A stretch of DNA of 64,000 nt, taken from contig CAXXFV010000027.1 of NCBI GenBank assembly GCA_963674595.2, positions 288,001 through 352,000 on the forward strand, written 5' to 3'. Shown here piece after piece: positions 29,927 to 39,268 of this stretch. Both the position numbers and the translations under genes were made by a program. The DNA comes from a bacterium (GTDB taxonomy: Bacteria > Zhuqueibacterota > Zhuqueibacteria > Residuimicrobiales > Krinioviventaceae). Every line of letters begins with the position of its first letter. Position 1 is the first letter of the stretch. The notes beneath the pieces were generated by a model, which did no database searches, had not been told where the DNA came from, and worked only from the letters and a program-made list of their open reading frames with translations.

Positions 29927-30506
29927 TTACAAACCTTCAGATATTAACCGGGAGGCTATTTCAATTGATTCAGGATCATCATTATCCAAAAATAAAAACT
30001 GCATTAATCCTCTCAATATTCCATAAATGACGTATGATGCTTTATCGGCCTGAGATTCGTTAATAAAATTAAATTCTTTTTTGCTTAAACCAGAATCTAA
30101 AATTTCTTTAATTATTTTTTTTACCCTTTCGTATATTTGCTGATGTATACTATCAATAAACTTGCTATTCCCACCTATCTCAACCTTTTACCAAAGAATA
30201 AATACTGATCGTGTTCTTTACTTCATTCAGCATAGCTGTAATAAATTTTTTTAATTTTTCCCTGGCAGAAGTCAAGTCCCGAATTGAATTTAAAGAATTA
30301 AAAATTATTTCATCTAATTCCTGCCTGACAACCTGTTCGAATATTTCTTCTTTGTTTTTAAAATAATAATATAATGTACTTTTAGCCTTGCCGGTTTCTT
30401 TTGCAATGTCTTCCATAGTTGATTTATATAATCCCCATTTTTGGAAAACAACTTTGGCTGCTTCAATAATGTTTTGTCTGACTTGTTCGTCTTTGTTTGT
30501 TTTCAT
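29927..30506 (-). pseudogene. TetR family regulator with one frameshift near 30182
   Basis: HTH STMEDIAKETGKAKSTLYYYFKNKEEIF. Removing one base at 30182-30183 extends the frame (..VKGEIGGNSKF...RLISEGL*) to TAA at 29927, giving a normal TetR length. Confidence 0.8.
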
Positions 30507-30507
30507 A

Positions 30508-30538
30508 TTTTCGACCTTTTTCGTTTTTTCGTCGAAAA
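30508..30538 (-). promoter_or_regulatory. Putative TetR autoregulatory operator
   Basis: Perfect inverted repeat TTTTCGAC-N15-GTCGAAAA immediately upstream of the tetR start codon. Confidence 0.6.
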
Positions 30539-30760
30539 ATATACTAAAATATTATCTAAAACACAAACAAAAATTTTTAATACTCGAAGAAAATTGCCGT
30601 ATTTTATACTGGTTTTAAGATATAAATTAACCTTTGGTATTTTACAAATGAAAATGAATTATTGGTGGGGTTGCGGCACTATGAGGAACATAAAAAAGAA
30701 AAAGGCATAAAAATAATTAAATCAGATCAAACAATTTCTATATGAATGAAAAGAAAACCT

Positions 30761-31789
30761 CTATAGAGTTTGGTTTAAAAATGAGATTTTAAAAGATGCT
30801 CCGTTATTATTTTTTTGTTCCAAAAAGCCATCTATCTGTTCAGTTAAAATATTAACAAGATAAAGGCCAAAATTTTCAGAACGATCCAAATTATTCAGGG
30901 TGGGCATTCCACTCCCATTGTCTTTAACAATTAGTGTATAATAATTTGTACCGGATTTAACTTGCGGGTAAAATTTAATAATTATTTCAGGATTATCCTG
31001 TTGAGAAAATGCATGCTTTATTGCATTTAAAACAAGTTCATTAATAATTAAGCCACAGGGGATGGCTTTGTCTATAGTCAATGAAATATCGCTGATATCA
31101 AAAGTAAATGTAATTTGTTTATCCTTAATAACATATTTATTGGAAAGTTGAGCAACCAGTTTTTTAAAATAAGTATTTATATTAATTTCAGAAAAGCTAT
31201 CAGACTGATAAAAATTTTCGTGTACAAGTGCTATTGTTTTTATACGCTGTTCATTTTCCAGAAAAATTTGTTTATCTCTTTCATTTTTTAGTTTTTTTGA
31301 CTGAAAATATAACAGACTGGACATAATTTGCAGATTATTTTTAACCCGATGATGAATTTCAGCTAATAATGTTTCTCTTTCTTTAATCAGGTTACGTAAT
31401 TCAACTTCGGTTTGTTTTTGTGTTTGAATGAGATCTTTTAGGTAACAATGTTCCTCTTTTAATTCAGAGTTTTTTAAATTTAATTGTTTTGATAAATCTC
31501 TCAAATAACCAATAATAAAAGCAGAAAGAAATAATGAGGACACAGCCGGCCAGTTTATTAATAATAATTTAACACCCGGTGAATCTAAAAAATTTAGTAA
31601 TACACCATTTAAAACCAGGACGATTATGGATGAGATGACGCCCCCCCTTAATCCATATTGCCAGGCAATGATAGCAGCAGGTATTACTTGTAAAGCAGCG
31701 ACGCGTGCGCCGATAATTTTATATAACAGAATAAAAACGATGCTATAGGCGAAATAAATACCGGCGTGTAAGAATATCATTTTTTTCAA
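30761..31789 (-). CDS. Membrane-bound sensor histidine kinase (HisKA_2 type), no adjacent response regulator
   Basis: H-box EIHHRVKNNLQ, N-box GLIINELVLNAIKHAF, DNGSG, FGL; hydrophobic N-terminus. Confidence 0.9.
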   Translation of the reverse strand: MKKMIFLHAGIYFAYSIVFILLYKIIGARVAALQVIPAAIIAWQYGLRGGVISSIIVLVLNGVLLNFLDSPGVKLLLINWPAVSSLFLSAFIIGYLRDLSKQLNLKNSELKEEHCYLKDLIQTQKQTEVELRNLIKERETLLAEIHHRVKNNLQIMSSLLYFQSKKLKNERDKQIFLENEQRIKTIALVHENFYQSDSFSEININTYFKKLVAQLSNKYVIKDKQITFTFDISDISLTIDKAIPCGLIINELVLNAIKHAFSQQDNPEIIIKFYPQVKSGTNYYTLIVKDNGSGMPTLNNLDRSENFGLYLVNILTEQIDGFLEQKNNNGASFKISFLNQTL

Positions 31790-31810
31790 TGTCAGATCTC
31801 GGTATGTTTT

Positions 31811-31954
31811 TTTGATTCAATTTAATTTAAAATAAACAAATTCACGTGAATAACAACAACTATATTGATTTTTTTAAAAAAAATTACGAAAAAATCGTAT
31901 TTTTTTATAAACTGAATATAACAAATTTAAATATTTAAAATAAATTGAATCAAA
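31811..31954. repeat. Intergenic inverted repeat with internal palindromes
   Basis: TTTGATTCAATTTA (from 31811) and TAAATTGAATCAAA (ending 31954) are 14-bp perfect arms. Internal ATTCACGTGAAT and TACGA-N5-TCGTA. Confidence 0.45.
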
Positions 31955-32076
31955 CGTATTTCACTCCCTGAATTTTGTTAGAAAACCGAAAATTATGGTA
32001 TTATAAAACTAAGGTACCAGATTAAATTTACTGCCGGGAGAATAAACAGATTGTACCTCTCGGACAGTCATGATAA

Positions 32077-33099
32077 TTAATCTTTGATACAACGAACAGA
32101 ATAGCCAAAACTTGCCGAGCTATAACTCCGGCGAATATAGGCATATTTATTATTTAAATGACGATAGCATGCAGCATTCGGCTCATATACTATGTATGGT
32201 GTCGACGTCCAAAAATAACAATTGATACCCAAGTTATTAAAAACAGAAGAACCATAAGAGGATCGGCACCCACCAGCTAAAGCTGTAAATCCACTCTCAT
32301 TGGTTGCGCCGGTGTTTGGAGCATTCCAATAACCCGTTCCCGTCATTTTCATTTTACCACCTGTGTTACCATCGGTAGAGCGGCCATAACGATCAACTTC
32401 ATCCTGACTCATACCCAGGAATAATTCAAGTTCTTTCCAATCATCATCTGTGGGCACATGCCAACCCTCCGGTGCAAGACCTCGTTCGTCATTAACAACA
32501 TTCCAGTTATAAAGATAGCCATAGGTTTTTACTATGTTCTGATCATGGTTATAACAGCAATAAGCATCATTATCCAAATTATTCCATTGATTATCGTTCG
32601 TAACATAAGGGATCGTTGCACCGGTGCGGTAATGGGTGACTTTTAAGTTCTGCCGCATCCATAATTGGTTGCCGATCTTGATGGTCTTGTAAATATTACC
32701 GTCAATGTCAACCATCGTCCCCATATTATAAGTAATTTCATGTGAAATAGTATGGCTTAGTCCCCCCTTGTCCCTCGCTTGCATTTTTGTAGTTACTTTG
32801 GTAAATTCGCCAAACGAGTGTAAGGCCTTTTTATCATGACTCCAATCCGTATCCCAGGTCCCGTTGGCATCAAAGTCCCAACGATATTCAAGGTCAATGC
32901 TGTCTTCTTCATCTATTGATAGACATGCATCATAATTTATTTGCCCTGCAACTTCTAATGACGGTTCCCAAAGAAATTCAGCCACTGGTTGGCTATTGTC
33001 TGTAGATTGTGAATCGGCAGGATTATCTTTACAACTGTTAAAAGCAACTAAAACCAACAAAATTGCCGACCAAAACATTTTAAAAATATTCCTACACAT
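32077..33099 (-). CDS. Lipoprotein with one PKD-like domain and a FISUMP (Fib_succ_major) domain
   Basis: Lipobox FNSC; YRWDFDANG.WDT; DIDGNIYKTIKIGNQLWM.QNL, YGYLYNW, APEGWHVPT, GYSVRCIKD. Confidence 0.9.
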   Translation of the reverse strand: MCRNIFKMFWSAILLVLVAFNSCKDNPADSQSTDNSQPVAEFLWEPSLEVAGQINYDACLSIDEEDSIDLEYRWDFDANGTWDTDWSHDKKALHSFGEFTKVTTKMQARDKGGLSHTISHEITYNMGTMVDIDGNIYKTIKIGNQLWMRQNLKVTHYRTGATIPYVTNDNQWNNLDNDAYCCYNHDQNIVKTYGYLYNWNVVNDERGLAPEGWHVPTDDDWKELELFLGMSQDEVDRYGRSTDGNTGGKMKMTGTGYWNAPNTGATNESGFTALAGGCRSSYGSSVFNNLGINCYFWTSTPYIVYEPNAACYRHLNNKYAYIRRSYSSASFGYSVRCIKD

Positions 33100-33194
33100 T
33101 TTCGATCCTCCCTTTTTTAATAATTAATACTCTTTCTCCATAAATTAAATACATTTTTAAATTATATAAATAACACCTCGAGTTAGTTTAACAA

Positions 33195-34529
33195 TCAATC
33201 CTTTACACAGCGTACGGATAATCCACTATTTTTACCAAAACAACCACTGTAAATATCTGAATAATTATAATAAAGATTTCGATAGTAAACAACACCGCTA
33301 TATGTTCCGATACTGGTTGTCCAAAAATAAGCATTGGTTCCCATTTCAAGGAAATCTCCAAATTCAACTTCACGGAAACCGCCGGGAAGAGCATTAAAAC
33401 CGGTTTCATTTGTAGCACCGGCATTCGGGTATTGCCAATGTTCCGAACCTGTTTCTTTAATTTGCCCGCCCTCATTCGTTCCACGCCAACCATATTCACC
33501 AACATCAAACGAGCTCATTCCAAGATACATTTCCAGCTCAATCCAATCGTCATTGGTAGCTACATGCCATCCTTCCGGTGCCAGCCCCCTGTTATCTCTG
33601 ACAGCAAAACAATTATAAAGCCTTCCATAAACGGATACATTGCTTTCATCATTATTATAATTACAATAAGCACCTGTTGACATTAAAATCCAATCAATAT
33701 TATTCGTAATTTCCGGAACAGGATCACCATTTCGATAGTGAATAACTTTTAAATTTTCAGCCATCCAAATTTGGTCACCCAGCTTGACAGTGATATATAC
33801 ATTACCATCTATATCAGTAACCTTGCTTGTATTTGCTAACACTTTTTTTGCAATGGAATTAGTTACACCCCATGAATCTTTAACTTCCAATACAGTATTA
33901 ACTATAGCATAATCTCCAAATGATTTTGAGGTGATTTTTGAATTAGACCAATCCGTATCCCAGGTACCATCACCATCATAGTCCCACCGATATAATAAAT
34001 CATCAACATCTTCAAAATCCGTTGAAGCAGTTGCATCAAAATTAACTTTCCAGGATTCTTCGGGTGCGACAGCCCATGAAAATTGGGCAACAGGTCGGCT
34101 GTTAACATATACAGATTTACTGGTTTCAGAAGTCAATCCGCCGGCTCCTTTAACATTTAATCGAATAACATGTGCTCCACCACCTGTTGTGAAGGTTTTA
34201 GTTATCATATTTTCATCTGACCAATCGGAATCCCATGAACCATCGTTATCCATGTCCCATTGAAAAAACAAATTTGTTTCAGGAAAATCTTCTTCAACAG
34301 ATTCTGATGCATCAAAAACAAAATCAGTCTCATTGGTAATGCCTGTATCTGGAGTTGCTTTAATAACAGCTAAAGGAGGGATACTATCTGTAACGACATT
34401 TTGAGGATCATAAACGTTGTCCAAAACAGGATCTGTTGGTTTTTTCTGGCAGGAAAAAACAATAAAAATTATGATAAAAAGATTTATTATGTTTTTATAT
34501 ATCCATTGAATTTTCATAGTCAACTCCAA
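33195..34529 (-). CDS. Lipoprotein with two PKD-like domains and a FISUMP domain
   Basis: Lipobox VFSC; two FDA..S...WD.D.DG.WD modules; DIDGNVY, WMAENL, GLSVRCVKD. Confidence 0.9.
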   Translation of the reverse strand: MELTMKIQWIYKNIINLFIIIFIVFSCQKKPTDPVLDNVYDPQNVVTDSIPPLAVIKATPDTGITNETDFVFDASESVEEDFPETNLFFQWDMDNDGSWDSDWSDENMITKTFTTGGGAHVIRLNVKGAGGLTSETSKSVYVNSRPVAQFSWAVAPEESWKVNFDATASTDFEDVDDLLYRWDYDGDGTWDTDWSNSKITSKSFGDYAIVNTVLEVKDSWGVTNSIAKKVLANTSKVTDIDGNVYITVKLGDQIWMAENLKVIHYRNGDPVPEITNNIDWILMSTGAYCNYNNDESNVSVYGRLYNCFAVRDNRGLAPEGWHVATNDDWIELEMYLGMSSFDVGEYGWRGTNEGGQIKETGSEHWQYPNAGATNETGFNALPGGFREVEFGDFLEMGTNAYFWTTSIGTYSGVVYYRNLYYNYSDIYSGCFGKNSGLSVRCVKD

Positions 34530-34574
34530 AAATCAGTAGAAAAATATCAAAAAATAAATTGATAATATATCACA

Positions 34575-35562
34575 CTAAAAATTAATATTGAATCCGACAA
34601 CTGTTTCAGAATTTTCTTGAAGATAATGAATATTCGGTCGAATAGAAACTGTTCGATTTTCATTTTTTGGAACAAATAAATAAGCATCACAAGCGTTCCA
34701 TAACCAGATACCAACAGCCGCACCAATATACAGATTACGTCTCTTTTCCCAGTCTTCAACTTTATTATATTTATTCAACATGTCCGTACGTGTGCTGTTT
34801 ATTTCTGAAAGATCTATTGCGTTAACATAAGCATCCCTGGCTGGTTCATAATCATCAATAGCACTATTATACTTGGAATTTGCTAAAAAACGCACCCCCG
34901 ATGGCTAATATTTCCAAAGAGCGATATAAAACGGCTTTGAAAGTATGACCGGAATACTGTTGTCCCCAACCTGGGACTATAAAAGACTTGATCAAAGCTT
35001 TATCTCGAGACTTTGGAGGCGTAAGTATATGTATTGTTTTTAACGTGTCAGATTCTACAGAAATATCTTGTTTCACCTTATTATTTTTCCGTTCCATATC
35101 TACAAATTCGGCAACTATATCATAAATAAATGGGTCCACGATGTTGTTCTGGTAATCATTATAATTTTTATTTTTTGTTGATACTGTCTGTCCTGTTTCA
35201 ACATCTACTATTTGGACAAATAAAGCAAAAGTATTGTTAATTTTATTCAAATTGACGGATACCATACGGTCAACATTAAGTATTTGACCAATCTGAAGAA
35301 TACAGTCTATTGTTTTGCAGATAACTTTTTCTTGAATACCCTGTTTTTTAAAAATATCATTCATATCGCCCTGACTAATAACCTCAAAGTAACCGGAATT
35401 GAGCAAATCGATTCGAAATTGATTTATTATTTGTGACGTTTCCAGAGTTTGCAAACTATCTGTTTCAAGTGTCATAACGGCTACCCGGATTCCGTTATTG
35501 GCCTGACTAAATGAATTAGACAAAAGAGTTAGGACCGTTAAAAGCATTAAACAATTTTTCAT
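34575..35562 (-). pseudogene. CsgG/TolB-N-like domain plus DUF5683-like C-terminus; one frameshift
   Basis: RVAVM...CKTIDCILQIGQILNV...VDVETG; SFIVPGWGQQY. ORFs 34867..35562 and 34575..34895 fuse (GAFLANSKYN) if one base is removed from the A6 run at 34885-34890. Ends VGFNINF. Confidence 0.7.
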
Positions 35563-35982
35563 GTAGCTGCTCCAATTGTGTGCAATGATAATTATATTGT
35601 CAAATGCCAGGAGATGGCAATTAACATTCTCTAATGACTTTTATATAAAATTCAAAATCGAAATCTTGAAGCTGTTAGCAAACAAATAAATTATTTTCAC
35701 CCCAATTATTTAAATTGAAATAGAACAGGTTTCTATAATACAATACATGAAATTCAATCTCTTTATATTATTAAACCCAAAATTTTAGTTGGAAAATCAA
35801 TAAACTATATCTTAAAAATATTTAAAATAAAAAGTTATATGACAAAGAATTATACAAAATATGTATGCGCTCTGCAAGCAGTTTTTAGCAAAAAATGCAC
35901 TTTTTTTATTTTGTGCTAATATCTTTGGAACAATTGAATTAAATGGATAAAAATGACAAAGGTAATTTAGTGAAAGTTGGTT

Positions 35983-36702
35983 TTATTTTATATGTCCATA
36001 AGGACAAACATACACGCATAATCCACACATGGCCCAATCTTGTGTTTTCTTTATTGCTTTAAAATACTCATCACATTTCTTTGCATTATACCGAAGCTCT
36101 CTCTCTTCGTTAGCGTTAAAACCTCTACCGGTAAATGCCCGGGTAGGACAAATATTTACACACTCTACGCATTCACCACACTGATTCTCAATCATTTGTC
36201 CTGTTGCTTGGAGGGAAGCATCTGTCAGGATAGTTGCAAATCGAACCCGCGGACCGGCAGTCGGTGTTACCAAAAGACAGCTTTTACCTATCCATCCTAA
36301 ACCTGATAAATTTGCCGCCAGTTTATGAGAAAAAGCGCCACTTATTTTTACATCATCCGCTCTTTTTGACGCTGCAATCGGCAGTACACGGTGTCCCAAA
36401 CGTTGTAAATAGCTGCTCATTTCAGACACAATAAGATCGAGGCGGTTATTAATGACATCATAACAATGATGTTTGTATGCCTGGCTTACCTGTTTTTGTT
36501 TTCGGTTCGGCAATTGATCTACAATATCATGAAATAAATTGATTCCGACAGAAATGGCTTTTGGATAAGCACGGAGATGAGGACCATAGTAAGATTCAAT
36601 AGATGAAGCGGCCACATTCAAATCAGCAATTCCAAAGTGGTCGATGTTCCATTTTTCACCTATTCTTCTGAGAGACTGCTGCAAGTTCATATCAACACCC
36701 AT
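35983..36702 (-). CDS. Short QueG/epoxyqueuosine reductase-like 4Fe-4S protein
   Basis: FSHKLAANLSGLGWIGKS..GPRVRFATILTD, CGECVECVNICP, CGLCVYVCP. Start may be 36690. Confidence 0.82.
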   Translation of the reverse strand: MGVDMNLQQSLRRIGEKWNIDHFGIADLNVAASSIESYYGPHLRAYPKAISVGINLFHDIVDQLPNRKQKQVSQAYKHHCYDVINNRLDLIVSEMSSYLQRLGHRVLPIAASKRADDVKISGAFSHKLAANLSGLGWIGKSCLLVTPTAGPRVRFATILTDASLQATGQMIENQCGECVECVNICPTRAFTGRGFNANEERELRYNAKKCDEYFKAIKKTQDWAMCGLCVYVCPYGHIK

Positions 36703-36718
36703 ATTCTGTTCAGGATTT

Positions 36719-36755
36719 AAATTTCAGGGTGAGGCTTTTGCTCACCCTGAAATTT
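36719..36755 (-). terminator. 15-bp perfect hairpin after the GH3 gene (terminator or mRNA-stabilising stem)
   Basis: AAATTTCAGGGTGAG-N7-CTCACCCTGAAATTT. Confidence 0.6.
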
Positions 36756-36767
36756 GTATTAAAATTA

Positions 36768-39165
36768 TCACTCAAACCGGCTCAATTCATTTAACATATA
36801 ATTCGGATAAGCAACATCATGCACTTTTTCGACAATTCTATCCTGAGGTAATTTAAAAGATGTTTCCAGCCGAATGTCTTTGGATGATGCACCGATTTGT
36901 ACTTTATAATCGCCTTTATCTGCCACCCATGCATCTATACCACTCCAGAAAGATGCCAGAGAGCGTTCGTCCAGTTCAAAAGAAAGCTGTTGGTCCTCAC
37001 CCGGTTTCAATAACCGGGTTTTGGCAAAACCTTTTAATTCGTGAACAGGTTTTTCAATCTCTGTTGAAGGTGCTGCTAAATATAGTTGAACAACTTCCTT
37101 TCCAGCCACTTTGCCGGTATTTTTGAGCGTCACATTAACTGTTATTTTATTGGAAAAAGTGCTATTGCTCAACCTCAGATTAGAGTACTCAAAGGTAGTA
37201 TAGGACAGTCCAAAACCAAATTCATAAGCAGTGGGTACATTAAAAGAATCATAATAACGATACCCTACATAAATTCCATCGTTGTAAAGAGAGTAAACAG
37301 GTTCTTCTTCGGGTACGCCGGGGAAAGTGGGCGCTGAAGGAACATCCTCATATTTGATCGGGAAAGAATCCGGTAATTTCCCGGATGGATTGACAGTACC
37401 TTTTAAAATGTCCGCAATGGCATGTCCTCCCTCCTGTCCCGGCTGCCAGGCCAGGAGTATGGCATCGGAATAGTCCCCGCCAATTGGCAGTATCCCATAC
37501 ACCGCCTACGTTAAGGACGACAATAACTTTTTTACCGGCAGCATGAAAAACAGCACTGACGTTTTTTACTAGATCGAGTTCAACCTGTGTTATTGGAATG
37601 TATCCGTTTTCGTAATTTTCTCCGGCGCTTCTACCCAATGTAATAACGGCAATATCAGATTGAGACTCGTATTTTAATATATCTGCTGTTTCAATTTCAG
37701 GCTCTTTGCTAAAAGCGACCAGGCGCTCTTTAAAATGCGGCGGTGCCTGATCATCGACAATGCCGTTATCTTTACGATGTTTAGGAGTATCAAAATATGG
37801 CGGAACAAGATTTTCCCTTTTAATTTTTTCAATCAAGGCGATATAAGCGGTTTCCATCTCCTGTAAAACCTTGAATCCGGCAGCCTGCAGGCCGTCATTC
37901 ACAGACACAGCATATTTATAACTTCGCACACTGCCGCTGCCTGTACCAAAAGGTATCAGGTGATAACTAATTTTACCGAAAAGAGCAATCCTGTTTTTTT
38001 TGCTGATCGGTAATGTTTTATTATCGTTTTTCAGAAGGACAATGCCTTCACTTGCCGCCTCTCTGGCAACTTTAGCATGGGCCTTCAAGTCAGGTTTTAA
38101 GGAGGGTTTATAACCTTTCATGCCGGGAGAATCGAGTTTAAGTTTCATGTTATAGACAAGATTTTTATCAAGTGCAGCTTTATCGAGTTCTTTGTTTTTC
38201 AAGGCGTGTTTTATCTCTTTCAGCTCGCGTTCGTCACCGCTCATGATCAAGTTCAAACCCGCCCTTACCTGGGCAACGGCATCGCCATAGTGCATATCAA
38301 AATCCGTCATATACAAACCGTTAAAGCCCCATTCTTCACGAACAATGCTCTGCAGAATGTCCGGAATTTCCGGTGTGTAATATCCATTCAATTTGTTATA
38401 AGATGTCATAATCGCTTTTGGTTTGCCTTCTTTAACTGCAATCTCATATCCGCGTAAATAGATTTCACGCAAGGCCCTTTGGCTGACCACGGCATTATAT
38501 TTTCGCCGGTTGGATTCCTGATTGTTGGCAAGAAAATGTTTTAACGTCGCACCGACGCCATTGGATTGAAGTCCCCGGACCATGGTCGCCGCCATTTTCC
38601 CGGAAAGCAGTGGGTCTTCTGAATAATACTCGAAATTCCGGCCGCATTTGGGATTACGATGCAGATTCATTCCGGGTCCAAGTAAAAGGTCATAATCATA
38701 TTCCAGCAATTCGTTTCCGAACGCTTTTCCCACCTCTCCTACCAGGTCCGTATTCCAGGTTGCCGCCAAACAGGTCGGTGTTGGAAAGGAAGTTGTGTAC
38801 AAAGGTTCCTTTTCGTCCTTTGCCGGAGCGTTTTTATTAATACCGGACGGTCCGTCGGTCAGGGATGTGGTTTTGATATCCAGTCGCGGGATCAGCATTT
38901 TGGAGTTTCGGTTGGCAATATATTGCTCTGTAACATCTTCCATCTTTAAATGCTCTTTTGGTAAAAAACGGCCATCGCCGACAATCAAGGCGACTTTTTC
39001 ATCCAGTGTCAATCGCGATACCAGGTCTTTGGCCCGTTCTTCCAGCGACTTGCTTTTGTCTTTATACACCGGTATTTCTTTGCTGTCCTGTGCAAACAAA
39101 ACAGCGTACATTAACATAAAAATTAATACTGTTAAAAATAATCCATTAAATTTAAACAACTTCAT
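36768..39165 (-). pseudogene. Secreted GH3 beta-glucosidase with Fn3-like C-terminus; one frameshift
   Basis: GRNFEYYSEDP, LKHF, MTSYN, YMTDF, YVGYRYYD, GKEVVQLY. The two ORFs fuse (WDTANWRDYSDAILLAWQPG) if one base is removed from the C4 run at 37475-37478. Confidence 0.88.
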
Positions 39166-39268
39166 GCCTCGCCTCCATTTTAATGTAAAATTTAAAGTTA
39201 AATTACTTGAATAACCTCCTGTCCATTTGGATAAATAGTTACACCTTACCTCGATTCAATAATTATTT

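Noticed and set aside
32077-34529. Complete DGR within the window
   Set aside because: No reverse transcriptase, Avd or template repeat was seen; only the remote-target hypothesis is kept.
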